Program-made: the position numbers and the translations under genes
From: a virus
Lineage: Duplodnaviria > Heunggongvirae > Uroviricota > Caudoviricetes
Length of the DNA: 64,000 nt
Virus record (IMG/VR): IMGVR_UViG_3300031994_001875
Span: 8,147-72,146 of that record
Strand: one strand, 5' to 3'
The notes under the pieces: model-generated
Databases searched by the model: none
Told to the model about the DNA's origin: nothing
The model's input: only the letters and a program-made list of their open reading frames with translations
Shown: positions 31,361 through 40,967 of the stretch, in pieces
How positions within the stretch are numbered: the first letter of the stretch is position 1
Layout of the letters: every line of letters starts with the position of its first letter

Positions 31361-32635
31361 TTACTTGCTAGAGAGTTTATTAGTCAAATCCATTAGCATG
31401 TTAAGACCAACGGCATCCATAGCATTACCAGCACCACCCTTAGAGTCACCGGACATCATGATTTCAGGAACGAGTGGGTGAGTGGACTTTGCCAATGCTT
31501 CAGCAACACCAACCTTCGTCTTATATTCCCATTCAGCTCGTTCCTGTGGGGTCAAACCAGCGGCAACCTTTGCTCGGTTTGCGGCTGCTTCTGCCTCACC
31601 CTCAGCCTTAATCTTCTTTGCTACTTCAAGAGCCTTGAGAGCTTCTAGACGAGCAACTTCCTTTTCTCTTTCAGCATTAAGAATTGCCACATCACGTTCC
31701 TTTTCGGCCTGGGTTACTTCGGCAATCTTGATTACTTCCTGAGCAGCCTTTGCTTCAGCGATTTTTGCTTTACCCTCAGCTTCAGCCGTAAGAGCCTTCT
31801 GCTTTGCGGTTTCAGCAGCTGTTGCGTTTGCTACACGCTGCATTTCACGTTCCTTCACAATATCCAACTGGTTCTGTGCCTTATCATCAAGCTTCACATT
31901 CTGAATATCAAATTGGAGAACCTTAATTCCATAACGATTGAGTGCGGACTTCTTCGTCATTACACGATTACCATCCTTATCCAGCTTGAGCTTGGTTACA
32001 CGATATTCTTGAATTTCTGCCCTCTTGATAATCTTGCCATTTTCATCTAGTTCATCTTCACCAGCCTTTTCCTGGAGAACCTCAATGGTTGTTGCGTATT
32101 CACCATCAGTAAGCATATCTTCAGCGAGACGGCGGAACTCAGCAATCTTTGTTACCTTCGCCTCTTCAGCCGTAAACAATGGAGCGGTCTTTCGTACTGC
32201 GGAGAGAACAGAATTTCGTACAAGTTCATGCTTAACCTTCTTGTCGGAACGCTGCTCACGATGAATCTTAATCAAATCCTCGCAATCTGTTGGGAGCTGA
32301 TACTTGAGATAACCAGAGATATTTGCGTTAGCATTTCGTGATAGAGTTACGGAAATATCATCTTCGTCACTATCATCTCCTTCCCAACCTTCTCCCTTAA
32401 CCTTTTCGGTGGAAGAGTTGAAATAGAAGTCCTTCGTGCGGTCATAAGAATAAATCTTTGCGAAACCCTTGAAGTAGAAACCAGCGTGGTCAATACAACT
32501 CATTGAACCAGTTGGTGACTGCTTTACGAGAAGCTGCGTTTCATCGTTATAACCAACGATAGACGTTGCGAAGAATGCGGAAGCAATAAGAATGATTGCC
32601 GCGAGAATGAGAGTTACCTTTGCTTTTGTACTCAT
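31361..32635 (-). CDS. SPFH/band-7 (flotillin-like) membrane protein
   Basis: N-terminal transmembrane segment TLILAAIILIASAFFA. An SPFH-like core (YGIKVLQFDIQNV...) is followed by a long A/E/K-rich coiled coil (AEAEGKAKIAEAKAAQE...). The GC content is visibly higher than in neighbouring genes. Confidence 0.6.
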   Translation of the reverse strand: MSTKAKVTLILAAIILIASAFFATSIVGYNDETQLLVKQSPTGSMSCIDHAGFYFKGFAKIYSYDRTKDFYFNSSTEKVKGEGWEGDDSDEDDISVTLSRNANANISGYLKYQLPTDCEDLIKIHREQRSDKKVKHELVRNSVLSAVRKTAPLFTAEEAKVTKIAEFRRLAEDMLTDGEYATTIEVLQEKAGEDELDENGKIIKRAEIQEYRVTKLKLDKDGNRVMTKKSALNRYGIKVLQFDIQNVKLDDKAQNQLDIVKEREMQRVANATAAETAKQKALTAEAEGKAKIAEAKAAQEVIKIAEVTQAEKERDVAILNAEREKEVARLEALKALEVAKKIKAEGEAEAAANRAKVAAGLTPQERAEWEYKTKVGVAEALAKSTHPLVPEIMMSGDSKGGAGNAMDAVGLNMLMDLTNKLSSK

Positions 32636-32666
32636 AGTTTATTTTTTTCCTTTTTGGTTGAGTGTT

Positions 32667-33107
32667 TTATTTTGTTATAAAGTTAGTTAGTTTGTTTACA
32701 AGCATTGTTTTGTCAATGGGTAAATCCATTAAATGATGCAGTTCATCTTTAAAGACCTTCACATAAACATCAAAATTATTGGGTTTGCCATTTTTCTTGA
32801 ATGATACGATTTGGTTCAAATAGAAATTTAAATTTGAGTATTTCGGACTATCAGGACCTTTCATACCATTAGAAAATTTATCCAAAAGAAACCATATTTC
32901 AGGATGTTTCTTTTTGTATGTTCGTGCCAAAATTCTATGTGCTATATAGTGTTCTTTTGGTGTCATTAGAACTCTGTTATCTTCTGTATCTAAACCACCC
33001 ATACTTCTACATAGAATGTGGTGAACTGTAAACCGGGGGTCATTGGTCTTTCGGTCCTCGTTTTTACATTTCTTAACAAAGTTCTTATATAGTTTCACAT
33101 AGTTCAT
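32667..33107 (-). CDS. HNH endonuclease (free-standing)
   Basis: FTVHHILCRSMGG...DNRVLMTPKEHYIAHRIL (H-N-H motif). It has its own promoter at 33113-33142, and its ATG lies ~6 nt after the -10 (leaderless-like). Confidence 0.7.
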   Translation of the reverse strand: MNYVKLYKNFVKKCKNEDRKTNDPRFTVHHILCRSMGGLDTEDNRVLMTPKEHYIAHRILARTYKKKHPEIWFLLDKFSNGMKGPDSPKYSNLNFYLNQIVSFKKNGKPNNFDVYVKVFKDELHHLMDLPIDKTMLVNKLTNFITK

Positions 33108-33112
33108 AGTTC

Positions 33113-33142
33113 AATTATAGATAATTATTTTTGGTTTGTCAA
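33113..33142 (-). promoter_or_regulatory. sigma70-like promoter (TTGACA-18-TATAAT)
   Basis: Minus TTGACA AACCAAAAATAATTATTC TATAAT TGAACT ATG. Confidence 0.55.
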
Positions 33143-33394
33143 TGGATTTTTTTGCTATTTTCTTGTAAAATTTATTTTACATTAGAAAACACAATTTTTA
33201 GATTTTCAATGAATTCGTCAGTTCTTGATATTGGTTCGTCATAACCCGCGATTTCACCAGTTTCGCCATCATCATAAATTGTGAACATCAATACATTATT
33301 GTAATAATAATTTCTGTCACCGAGACCAGTTTCTTCACAAGATAAATTGTATTTCCTTTCCAAATCTTTAATAAAATTCTTAAATTTATCTTGC

Positions 33395-33985
33395 TTATTT
33401 TGCAAAATGGCTAATTGGTTCTTCATATCGGTGTACCTCAATTTCTTTTGTAGTGGTATCGTAAACCAACAAATCCAAATTAGAGAATGTAAATCCTTCG
33501 GAATTGATAACCTTGAATGGTGTGATTTCCTTATTGCCAGTTAGATAATGATACAAATATCTAATGAGCATACCATGAGAAACTACCACACAATCAGTAA
33601 TCTTTTCCATTTCAAGATAGTTTGGCAATACCTGGAAAATTGAGTGGGCACGTGTTTCCATATCTTGTGCAGTAAGTGGAACATACTTCTCAAACTGCTT
33701 TTCTGTCATTTCCCAAAATTTGCGTTTGCCAATACCGGAACAATCAAATTCACCAAAATCTTTTAGTGTAGCTGTTGGGTCTTTCTTGAACAGAAGATTA
33801 CAGGTTTGAATACATCTCTTAACTGGTGATGTGAGAATGTAATCGCGGTTCGGAATGAATTTACCAACCTTTTCTTCCCAATCGGTCGGATATTCGTCAA
33901 TGATGTCAGCATCATCGTAATTCTTAACCATCGTTCCAGTAAGATTAAATTTGGTTCGCCAATGTCTAATAAAATAAAATTTCAT
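33395..33985 (-). CDS. histidine phosphatase superfamily protein (PGAM-like)
   Basis: FIRHWRTKFNLTG (an RHG-type motif) and a C-terminal VVVSHGMLIRYL. Confidence 0.55.
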   Translation of the reverse strand: MKFYFIRHWRTKFNLTGTMVKNYDDADIIDEYPTDWEEKVGKFIPNRDYILTSPVKRCIQTCNLLFKKDPTATLKDFGEFDCSGIGKRKFWEMTEKQFEKYVPLTAQDMETRAHSIFQVLPNYLEMEKITDCVVVSHGMLIRYLYHYLTGNKEITPFKVINSEGFTFSNLDLLVYDTTTKEIEVHRYEEPISHFAK

Positions 33986-34119
33986 AATTACCCAAAAAAT
34001 AGATAGAGAAATACAAGCAGGACAAAGATTCCGGGGCTAATCGTTCCATTACATGCCAGTATGAAAAATACTAGCAGTAATAAACAACCACAACCACCTT
34101 TATCGTTTCTTTCATTCAT

Positions 34120-34410
34120 TTACTTTTCAACTGCCTTAAATACGAAACCACTACCCACAAAATCTGCCTTCAACTTGCGACCATTTACAGAGTAGATAAT
34201 GGAAACATCGTTTGAGTGTTCGGCAGTATTGAAATAGCACGGACCACTGTAAGCAAACAATGTATCACCAGTGAACGCATTGAGAACCACAACATCTCGG
34301 TGAAGTTCGGAGTAGTTTGATTCAATGTTCTTTGCCATCATCGTACAACCATTACAACCAGTCATGGTGAGTGCGATAGCGAATACTGCGAGTAGAATGA
34401 TTTTCTTCAT
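34120..34410 (-). CDS. small lipoprotein
   Basis: MKKIILLAVFAIALTMTGC lipobox. Confidence 0.5.
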   Translation of the reverse strand: MKKIILLAVFAIALTMTGCNGCTMMAKNIESNYSELHRDVVVLNAFTGDTLFAYSGPCYFNTAEHSNDVSIIYSVNGRKLKADFVGSGFVFKAVEK

Positions 34411-35082
34411 ATTTAGTTATCTCCTTTGATTGTGTTTTTAATTTTGTTGATTGTTTCAATTTCTTCTTTTGTTGCCCTGGTATCATAACCAGTATATTCA
34501 TATTCATAATTTGCTACGAGCATTGATAAATTTTCAACTGGCTTTTCAAGAGCAAACAAAACATAAGAGAAATTTACCCAAGCAAGTTCATAACCTTCTT
34601 TTGTAGAAATGGTTACATCACAAGATTCTTTAACTGGATTCTGTTTACATTCAAAAACAAATTCAGGATTTTCTTTGGCAATCTTAATCCACATTTCGTT
34701 AAATTCTGTTTGATTCATTGTCAATCTCCTGATTAGTAGTTTGTAAAGATTTCGTTAATCTGATTTACAGATTCTTTTTCTTCGTCAGTGTTGTTTTCGT
34801 TTTCAAAAATAACACCATCGTAGAACAAATGTGTTCCAACCATATCACAATCACGCATCATAGTATTTACGCAAATTGCGAGTTCAAACTTAAATGTCGC
34901 AACCTTTTCACAATGGTTATTCTTGTTGTGAACATTCACCTTGATAATTCTTCCATCCACGCCGAGATTGAAAATGTAATCTTCATATTCACATTTAGCG
35001 GCAGAAATGTTAGCATTGAGTTTGTCAATCGTGTATGTTCTAACAGCCATTGTTACCTCGTTGTTTCTTGTTTACATATAGT

Positions 35083-35111
35083 AATATAGCAAAAAAATCC
35101 ATTGTTGTCAA
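35083..35111 (-). promoter_or_regulatory. sigma70-like promoter in a perfect palindrome
   Basis: Minus TTGACA-ACAATGGATTTTTTTGC-TATATT. The palindrome AAATCCATTGacaaCAATGGATTT spans 35095-35118, and the SD ACGAGGT is 6 nt before the ATG of the gene at 34733..35050. Confidence 0.65.
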
Positions 35112-36010
35112 TGGATTTCTTATAAAACTGTGTAAAATAATGTTTACAAATGGCTATTTTTGTTTTTCTTTGTAAATTTTATTATACAAACCATCATAAA
35201 GGAAGATATGAACCGGTAAAATGGCTATGTAATTGGGGATTAGTCTTAACCAAAAACTATCAATGGAACAACCAAACTGATACCAACCAATGAACCATAA
35301 GAAAATGCCGATTTCTATTAGAAATAGTTTTAGAAATTTCATAGTTTACTCCTTTATTTTTAGTATCTTAACCACTTTCTGTGATTCTTCAATTTCTTTC
35401 TTTGTTTGTTCTTCTTGTCTTTCTTTTTCCAACTGTTCAGCAGTAGCCTTTCTCTTTTCTTTCAAATAGATTTTGTACTGAAGAACAGCATCATCTTGGT
35501 CAGTTCCAGTATAGATTGTTACCCAATCATATTGATTTCGGGTAGTTCCATCATCGTAATATGAAGAATGAACTACTGACCATTGCTGGACAACCCAATC
35601 ACCATTTCCGAGCTGTGCTACACGAAATGGATTTTCTGCTAATTTGTTTTCACTATGAATAGTAGTTGCTAAAACAACTGCTATACCGACTAAAAACAAT
35701 GGTAATAAAAAGTAAAACATTTATTCTCCTTATTTAAAATCTTCGGATGCTTTTTGGAATTTGATAATTTCTTTATACTGCTTATATGTTTTGATTAAAT
35801 TCTTCAGGTATTTACGAGCATCATCCAACTGGTCAAACTCAACTGGTTCATACGAATGGTAAATACTTGCATCCAAATGAGTATTTCTTTTGTTGGCAGG
35901 TTTGAAATTTAATTCTAATGGAAAGATTAGAATTTTATTATCACAGTATTTAACTGAAATTTTCAAATCTTTATCCAGTTTATAAAATGCGTTTTCTGTT
36001 TGTTTACTCA

Positions 36011-36154
36011 TTACCAGTTACCTCCTTCATTTTCTAGTCTGCGGAAGAAATCATCATCATCATCATCACTTTTGGTTTGTTCAACTTCCAATCCAAATTC
36101 TTGAACAAACTGTTCCCATTCTTCCTGGGTGATAATTGGTCTATAATCATCCAT
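36011..36154 (-). CDS. small acidic protein, TQEEW-motif family (47 aa)
   Basis: Unlisted ORF MDDYRPIITQEEWEQFVQEFGLEVEQ...; paralogs lie at 36801..36983 and 38363..38551. Confidence 0.45.
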   Translation of the reverse strand: MDDYRPIITQEEWEQFVQEFGLEVEQTKSDDDDDDFFRRLENEGGNW

Positions 36155-36204
36155 AAAATCTCCTTTAGTTTTGCCAAAATATAATCAAAAATGGGCAGTT
36201 AGTA

Positions 36205-36387
36205 AACTACCCATTTAATTATTTTGTTAATTGCTAAACTTCGTAATTATTGTTAGTATCGCAAAAAATACAGTAGCAATAACACCAACCACACCCAAAC
36301 AGCTAACAGAATCAAAAGTACCATCTTTCAGTAATGGATATAGTAGCAATAAACTGACTATAATTAATCCAATACAAAATGCTACCA
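36205..36387 (-). CDS. small membrane protein (~60 aa)
   Basis: Unlisted minus-strand ORF MVAFCIGLIIVSLLLLYPLL...GVVGVIATVFFAILTII, coupled to the upstream stop (TAAATG). Confidence 0.4.
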
Positions 36388-36388
36388 T

Positions 36389-36796
36389 TTATGTAAAATC
36401 TCCCATTATATTAAGCTGCTTTTCCATTTCTTTTGCTTTCAAGTATGTGGCTTTAACTCTAACAATATATTCTTTCAGTTCTTGTAAAGAATTGAAGGAC
36501 ATAGTTTCGTAGTTTCCAGTCACATCTAATTTCACACCAGTAGCAGTAGTCTTGAAACTAAATGAAACACTATCGGCTATTAGTGTTTTGTTTTGATAAT
36601 TGGTAATACTCATTTTGTAATTACCAATCTGTATTTTATATGTATCGTGGGCATAGAAATTAGTTGCCCAAATACCTGCCGTTGAAGGAGTTATAGTTCC
36701 TAATGTTCCACTAACACTAACATATCCATTATAACTTGTTAAACTACTACCACTTGTTAAATTTGAGTTTAAACTTGCGTTTCCACTTGTAGTCAT
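36389..36796 (-). CDS. hypothetical protein (Ser/Thr-rich N-terminus)
   Basis: 135 aa ORF downstream of a TQEEW-family gene. Confidence 0.4.
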   Translation of the reverse strand: MTTSGNASLNSNLTSGSSLTSYNGYVSVSGTLGTITPSTAGIWATNFYAHDTYKIQIGNYKMSITNYQNKTLIADSVSFSFKTTATGVKLDVTGNYETMSFNSLQELKEYIVRVKATYLKAKEMEKQLNIMGDFT

Positions 36797-36800
36797 ATTA

Positions 36801-36983
36801 TTACCCTGATACAGTTATGCTATTGCTAGCGGTCAATGAATAATCAGATGTATTGTTTACAGTGTAATAACTCATAGGTTCTTCTTTTTCCAAACCCATT
36901 TCTTGAACAAATTCATCCCATTCTTCCTGAGTACACAATGGTTCTTTTTCTTCTTGGTTATCTTGAACTAAACCACCTAGCAA
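36801..36983 (-). CDS. small acidic protein, TQEEW-motif family
   Basis: ...CTQEEWDEFVQEMGLEKEE...; the reading frame is open upstream to ~37075. Confidence 0.4.
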   Translation of the reverse strand: MLGGLVQDNQEEKEPLCTQEEWDEFVQEMGLEKEEPMSYYTVNNTSDYSLTASNSITVSG

Positions 36984-37078
36984 ATAACCACAGGTTCTAT
37001 GAACTAATGGTGATGTGGTAGTTGTTACTACAATACCGGCTAGTGCTGTTAGTACTGATGCTGGTATCTACATAGTAA

Positions 37079-37468
37079 TTATCTGTTTGAGCCAAATCTG
37101 TTGTTGTATCGTTCATCATCGTCCTCGTCTATATGATTTGCGTATGTTCCTTCAAAATATTCAAAAAATGTTTTATCATTAAAATCCTTATATTCTACTG
37201 CGTAGCCTTCAGGTGCTACAGGGTATATATTTAAGATTTGTAGTTTGTTTGGACTATTTCGGCTATGCGGTCCATTCTTACATTCCGGGTGCCATATCAT
37301 TCTATGGTGTGTTGGGCAAAAAGATAATGTTACATGGCAGTTCAATCTATTACCCAATTCTTTCGGGACGATATGGTGAAATTCAATTTGGTTTCGGTCA
37401 GTAGTCTTTACAGAACAACCAGGCCAATGGCAAATGAATTCTTTATTTTGAATTATCGTTAATTCCAT
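37079..37468 (-). CDS. HNH endonuclease
   Basis: QIEFHHIVPKELGNRLNCHVTLSFCPTHHRMIWHPEC (H-N-H with Cys/His zinc ligands). Confidence 0.65.
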   Translation of the reverse strand: MELTIIQNKEFICHWPGCSVKTTDRNQIEFHHIVPKELGNRLNCHVTLSFCPTHHRMIWHPECKNGPHSRNSPNKLQILNIYPVAPEGYAVEYKDFNDKTFFEYFEGTYANHIDEDDDERYNNRFGSNR

Positions 37469-37943
37469 TTTTCAAAATTTCTTCTAATGTTCCATCTTCA
37501 ACTGCTTGGGAAAGTTTCATATTTATGTATTTGTGAATAGAAACACCTTCTTCATTTGCTTTTTCTTTCAACATAGCCCATTCGGCTTGGGTCAAGGATA
37601 ATTCTACTTTCTCCATACCATCTTCAATGAGTTCTACCCCAGTATCTTCTAACCATCTGCGGGCAATTTCATTTTCTACCTGACACCCCTTGGATTCCTT
37701 CCAACCAGGTGCGAAATAGATAATATCTGCGTCTGCCATTTTAGAAATAGCACTACCCAACATATTCACAGCACTAGCTGCATTATAATTTGTATTGCCA
37801 GTCTGTTTAAAAGAATCAATTACATCAATCGTGTAATCTGGGTAAATAGTTTCAATGTATTCCTTAGCTTCTTTTCTTTGTTTCAAGATTTTATCTTCAG
37901 GAATGTTACTCATTGGTTGAGAAATAAACAATTTCTTTTTCAT
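37443..37943 (-). CDS. hypothetical protein (possible nucleoside 2-deoxyribosyltransferase-like fold)
   Basis: ADIIYFAPGWKESKGCQVENEIA pattern; weak evidence. Confidence 0.25.
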   Translation of the reverse strand: MKKKLFISQPMSNIPEDKILKQRKEAKEYIETIYPDYTIDVIDSFKQTGNTNYNAASAVNMLGSAISKMADADIIYFAPGWKESKGCQVENEIARRWLEDTGVELIEDGMEKVELSLTQAEWAMLKEKANEEGVSIHKYINMKLSQAVEDGTLEEILKNGINDNSK

Positions 37944-38019
37944 ACAAAATCCTCTATTAAATCTTCAAATTTCTTTTCAAGTTCTGCTTTTACTTTTTCA
38001 AGTTCTACATCATTCCATC

Positions 38020-38382
38020 TCATACGAAATCTCTATCAGCTTGAATGTTCTTACTGAAAGCAAGCATTTTCTTGTACATAGCCCTTAGATTTTTAATGCT
38101 ATTCTTCAAATCGTCTAGTGTATCATATTTCTGTTCTCCATTCCAGGAAACATTTAAATGACCTTCACTATCAAATGTGAACTGAACATCGTACATTTTG
38201 AAATAACGATTTTCTATATTTTCTACTTGAACTTTCAAATTACCCAAAGAAAAGTGCATAACATGACCGTTCTTTTGATTCCACATTTCATCGTCTAAAT
38301 CAAAGAAGTTTATACCATTCTTACCTAGAGCCTGTTGGAAATTATAATAATTCAGTTTATTTTTATTCATGAGCACCGCCAT
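38020..38382 (-). CDS. hypothetical protein
   Basis: 120 aa ORF downstream of a TQEEW-family gene. Confidence 0.4.
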   Translation of the reverse strand: MAVLMNKNKLNYYNFQQALGKNGINFFDLDDEMWNQKNGHVMHFSLGNLKVQVENIENRYFKMYDVQFTFDSEGHLNVSWNGEQKYDTLDDLKNSIKNLRAMYKKMLAFSKNIQADRDFV

Positions 38383-38551
38383 CTTCCAGACCCATTTCTT
38401 CGCAGAAATTAGTCCATTCTTCTTCAGTACATACTGTTTTCATTTCTTCAGTATTTTTATCGTCACCCAATGTACCCAAAAAACTGCCGCCAAGGCCACT
38501 ATTAATGGCTAGTTGTTTTAGTAATTCATTTATAACATCATTAGAATTCAT
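38363..38551 (-). CDS. small acidic protein, TQEEW-motif family
   Basis: ...VCTEEEWTNFCEEMGLEDGG.... Confidence 0.4.
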   Translation of the reverse strand: MNSNDVINELLKQLAINSGLGGSFLGTLGDDKNTEEMKTVCTEEEWTNFCEEMGLEDGGAHE

Positions 38552-39134
38552 TAGAAGTCTCCTTGTAAGTGTAGCAAATTTTTTAGTTCATTCATTCGTT
38601 TAATGAAAATCTTTTCTTCGTTCAATACATTATCAAGGTCTTGATATGTTGTATATTCGTAAGTTTTTGAAGCATATAAATCTATACTAACATTATAATT
38701 TTCATCAATTCGGGCACTGAGTTTTCTTACTGAAAAAATACCATTACGATAATTTATGTCATATTCATAACCTTCAACTGGTATTTTAGCATAAGCGGCA
38801 TCATAATATGTTGCGTTATTTTTAATACACCAATCTCGCCATTCTTCAGTCATGACTGGTTCACGCCTTGATTCACCAAGTTTTGCAAGAAAGTCACCAT
38901 ATTCTTTTCGCCACTGGTCAAGTTGTTCTTCTAAATTCATAACAAATTATAACCTAGAATAGCAAATAAAATAACATAAAGGGCTATTGTGATTACAATA
39001 TCCTTTTTATCCATGTTGGTATAGATACCCTCTCTTGGATCTGTGATTGGTCTAAAAGAGAGTTCTGTTTTGTCCTTATTTTCATTATCTTTTAATATCA
39101 TACCAAAGAATATAACAAAAATTTACAAAAATGG

Positions 39135-39701
39135 TTAGATTACACCATCAAATAATGTTTTTGAGATACTGACTTTTTCTTCTGTCTGTTTTGCTTGTTT
39201 CAATGATGGTGCTGGTGCAGTTTCTTTTATACGAACAACCCAATGCCCAGTACACCATTGTAATCCTGGCTTTGAGTCTACAGTATAAATCGTTCCTTCA
39301 CAACCAACTGTGAAATACTCAACATCTTCAAATGTCGGGCCGTGCCCGTGTAGAATTACCATTCCATTGTTCTTTGATTCCATCTTTGGAAAACCAACCA
39401 ACAACTTCTTGTCCTTAAATTCATCTGGAGTGTTAATCGTGTACAATACTGTATCTTTTTGAACTACTACACCTGTGCCATCCAAACTTCTATACACAGT
39501 ATCGTGAACATATTTTGTTACTTCAATGGTATCGTGAGTAATGACCTCTAATTCTTTTGGTTTTACTCTTTCTTCAGTTTCTGTCATATCTTGAACATCA
39601 CTGACGAGTTTGATTAAAGCAACAATGGCTACCAATCCAAGTGCAGACCAACAAAGTTTCTTTAACAAATTAATCATAGTTTCCTCCCACAACAAGGGCA
39701 A
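39135..39701 (-). CDS. membrane-anchored protein carrying an HDTVY motif
   Basis: N-terminal transmembrane segment CWSALGLVAIVALIKLV; ITHDTIEVTKYVHDTVYRSLDG. Confidence 0.4.
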   Translation of the reverse strand: MPLLWEETMINLLKKLCWSALGLVAIVALIKLVSDVQDMTETEERVKPKELEVITHDTIEVTKYVHDTVYRSLDGTGVVVQKDTVLYTINTPDEFKDKKLLVGFPKMESKNNGMVILHGHGPTFEDVEYFTVGCEGTIYTVDSKPGLQWCTGHWVVRIKETAPAPSLKQAKQTEEKVSISKTLFDGVI

Positions 39702-40734
39702 TTAGTGATTTTGATGGAAGTAATAGCAGCTCTTGGGTCACCAGGTATTTTTACACAAACTAAATGACTAGAATTTTCAATAGTTTCTATCCAAAAAGTT
39801 TGTTCAGTATTTCCATCTTTCTGTGTAATATGTTTGTGTTCTTCACACAGTTCACATTTCTTAATGTTCGCCCCGCGTGGATGAATTTCAACTCCTTCGT
39901 GGAGGCCTGGGTATTCATTCTTCGTCTGATTCTGTATATCCATAGTATTCCTTTGCTACAGTGTCAATCTTAAATTTAATTTCGCCAATGTCATCAGTCC
40001 AAGTCAAATACTCGTCTGTACCAAAATTATCAGGGTCTTCATATCCATATTTTTCTTTCATTAAGTCAATATGAACATAATAACAATTATTGAAACGGAA
40101 TGTATAACAAGCTGGCATTGGTGTTGATTTATTGGCTTCGTAATCCCAATTCTCATAACCAATGTCTTTGTATGGCAAATCTAACGATTCAATTTTTTGT
40201 CTAATACTGTCAATGGCTAAGTTTGATTTGATGATTCTGTTTGTGAACATGAGTTATCCTTCTTCATTTTGATAATTAGAATTTGTTTACCATCTTTGGA
40301 AGTTTTGAGTTCGTTTGTTTGGATTTTGTTTCTCCAAATGGGGTATGTTTCATCAGACCCACAAATTTTACATTGTTTGTAATCTTCAACAGATGGAACA
40401 TGATAACAAACATCGTTAATATAACAGTGGCAAATATCATCACAATGTATCAAACGATTTATACATTGTTCTCCATCTTGTTCGGTTGTAAGATTATCGT
40501 CTTTCAATCGGTTCGTATGGTAAAAATGTTTTGGGTTTGTTAAATCCAATTTGATATAGAAATCAGTCATGTTGATAGATTTCAATAAGTCCTTTCTGTG
40601 GGAGTCAAATGTAAATCTTTCTCCACCAGTTTCAAAATATAGATTTTCAATAGCCCAAACATCTATATGAATGGCTTCACAATTTTCAAATACAAATTCA
40701 ATACTTTGTGATTCTATTTCTACTGTATTCATTA

Positions 40735-40905
40735 TTCCTCTTTATCAAAACCAAATGATTTCCACAGTTGTTCTGCTCCTGGGATATTCTTTTCTCGCAT
40801 ATTTTGAATTTGCTGCTTCATTCGTTCACGATGTTGCTTTGCCTTACGATAACGATTAGCAACATAAACGATTCCAATGACTGCGAGAATGATATAAATT
40901 TCCAT
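40735..40905 (-). CDS. small membrane protein (57 aa)
   Basis: Unlisted ORF MEIYIILAVIGIVYVANRYRK... with the SD AAAGGAGA and the promoter at 40939-40967. Confidence 0.4.
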
Positions 40906-40938
40906 AGTTATCTCCTTTATATAGTGGTGGATAACTAT

Positions 40939-40967
40939 AATATAGTAAAATTATTCGTCCTTGTCAA
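40939..40967 (-). promoter_or_regulatory. sigma70-like promoter
   Basis: Minus TTGACA-AGGACGAATAATTTTAC-TATATT. Confidence 0.5.
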
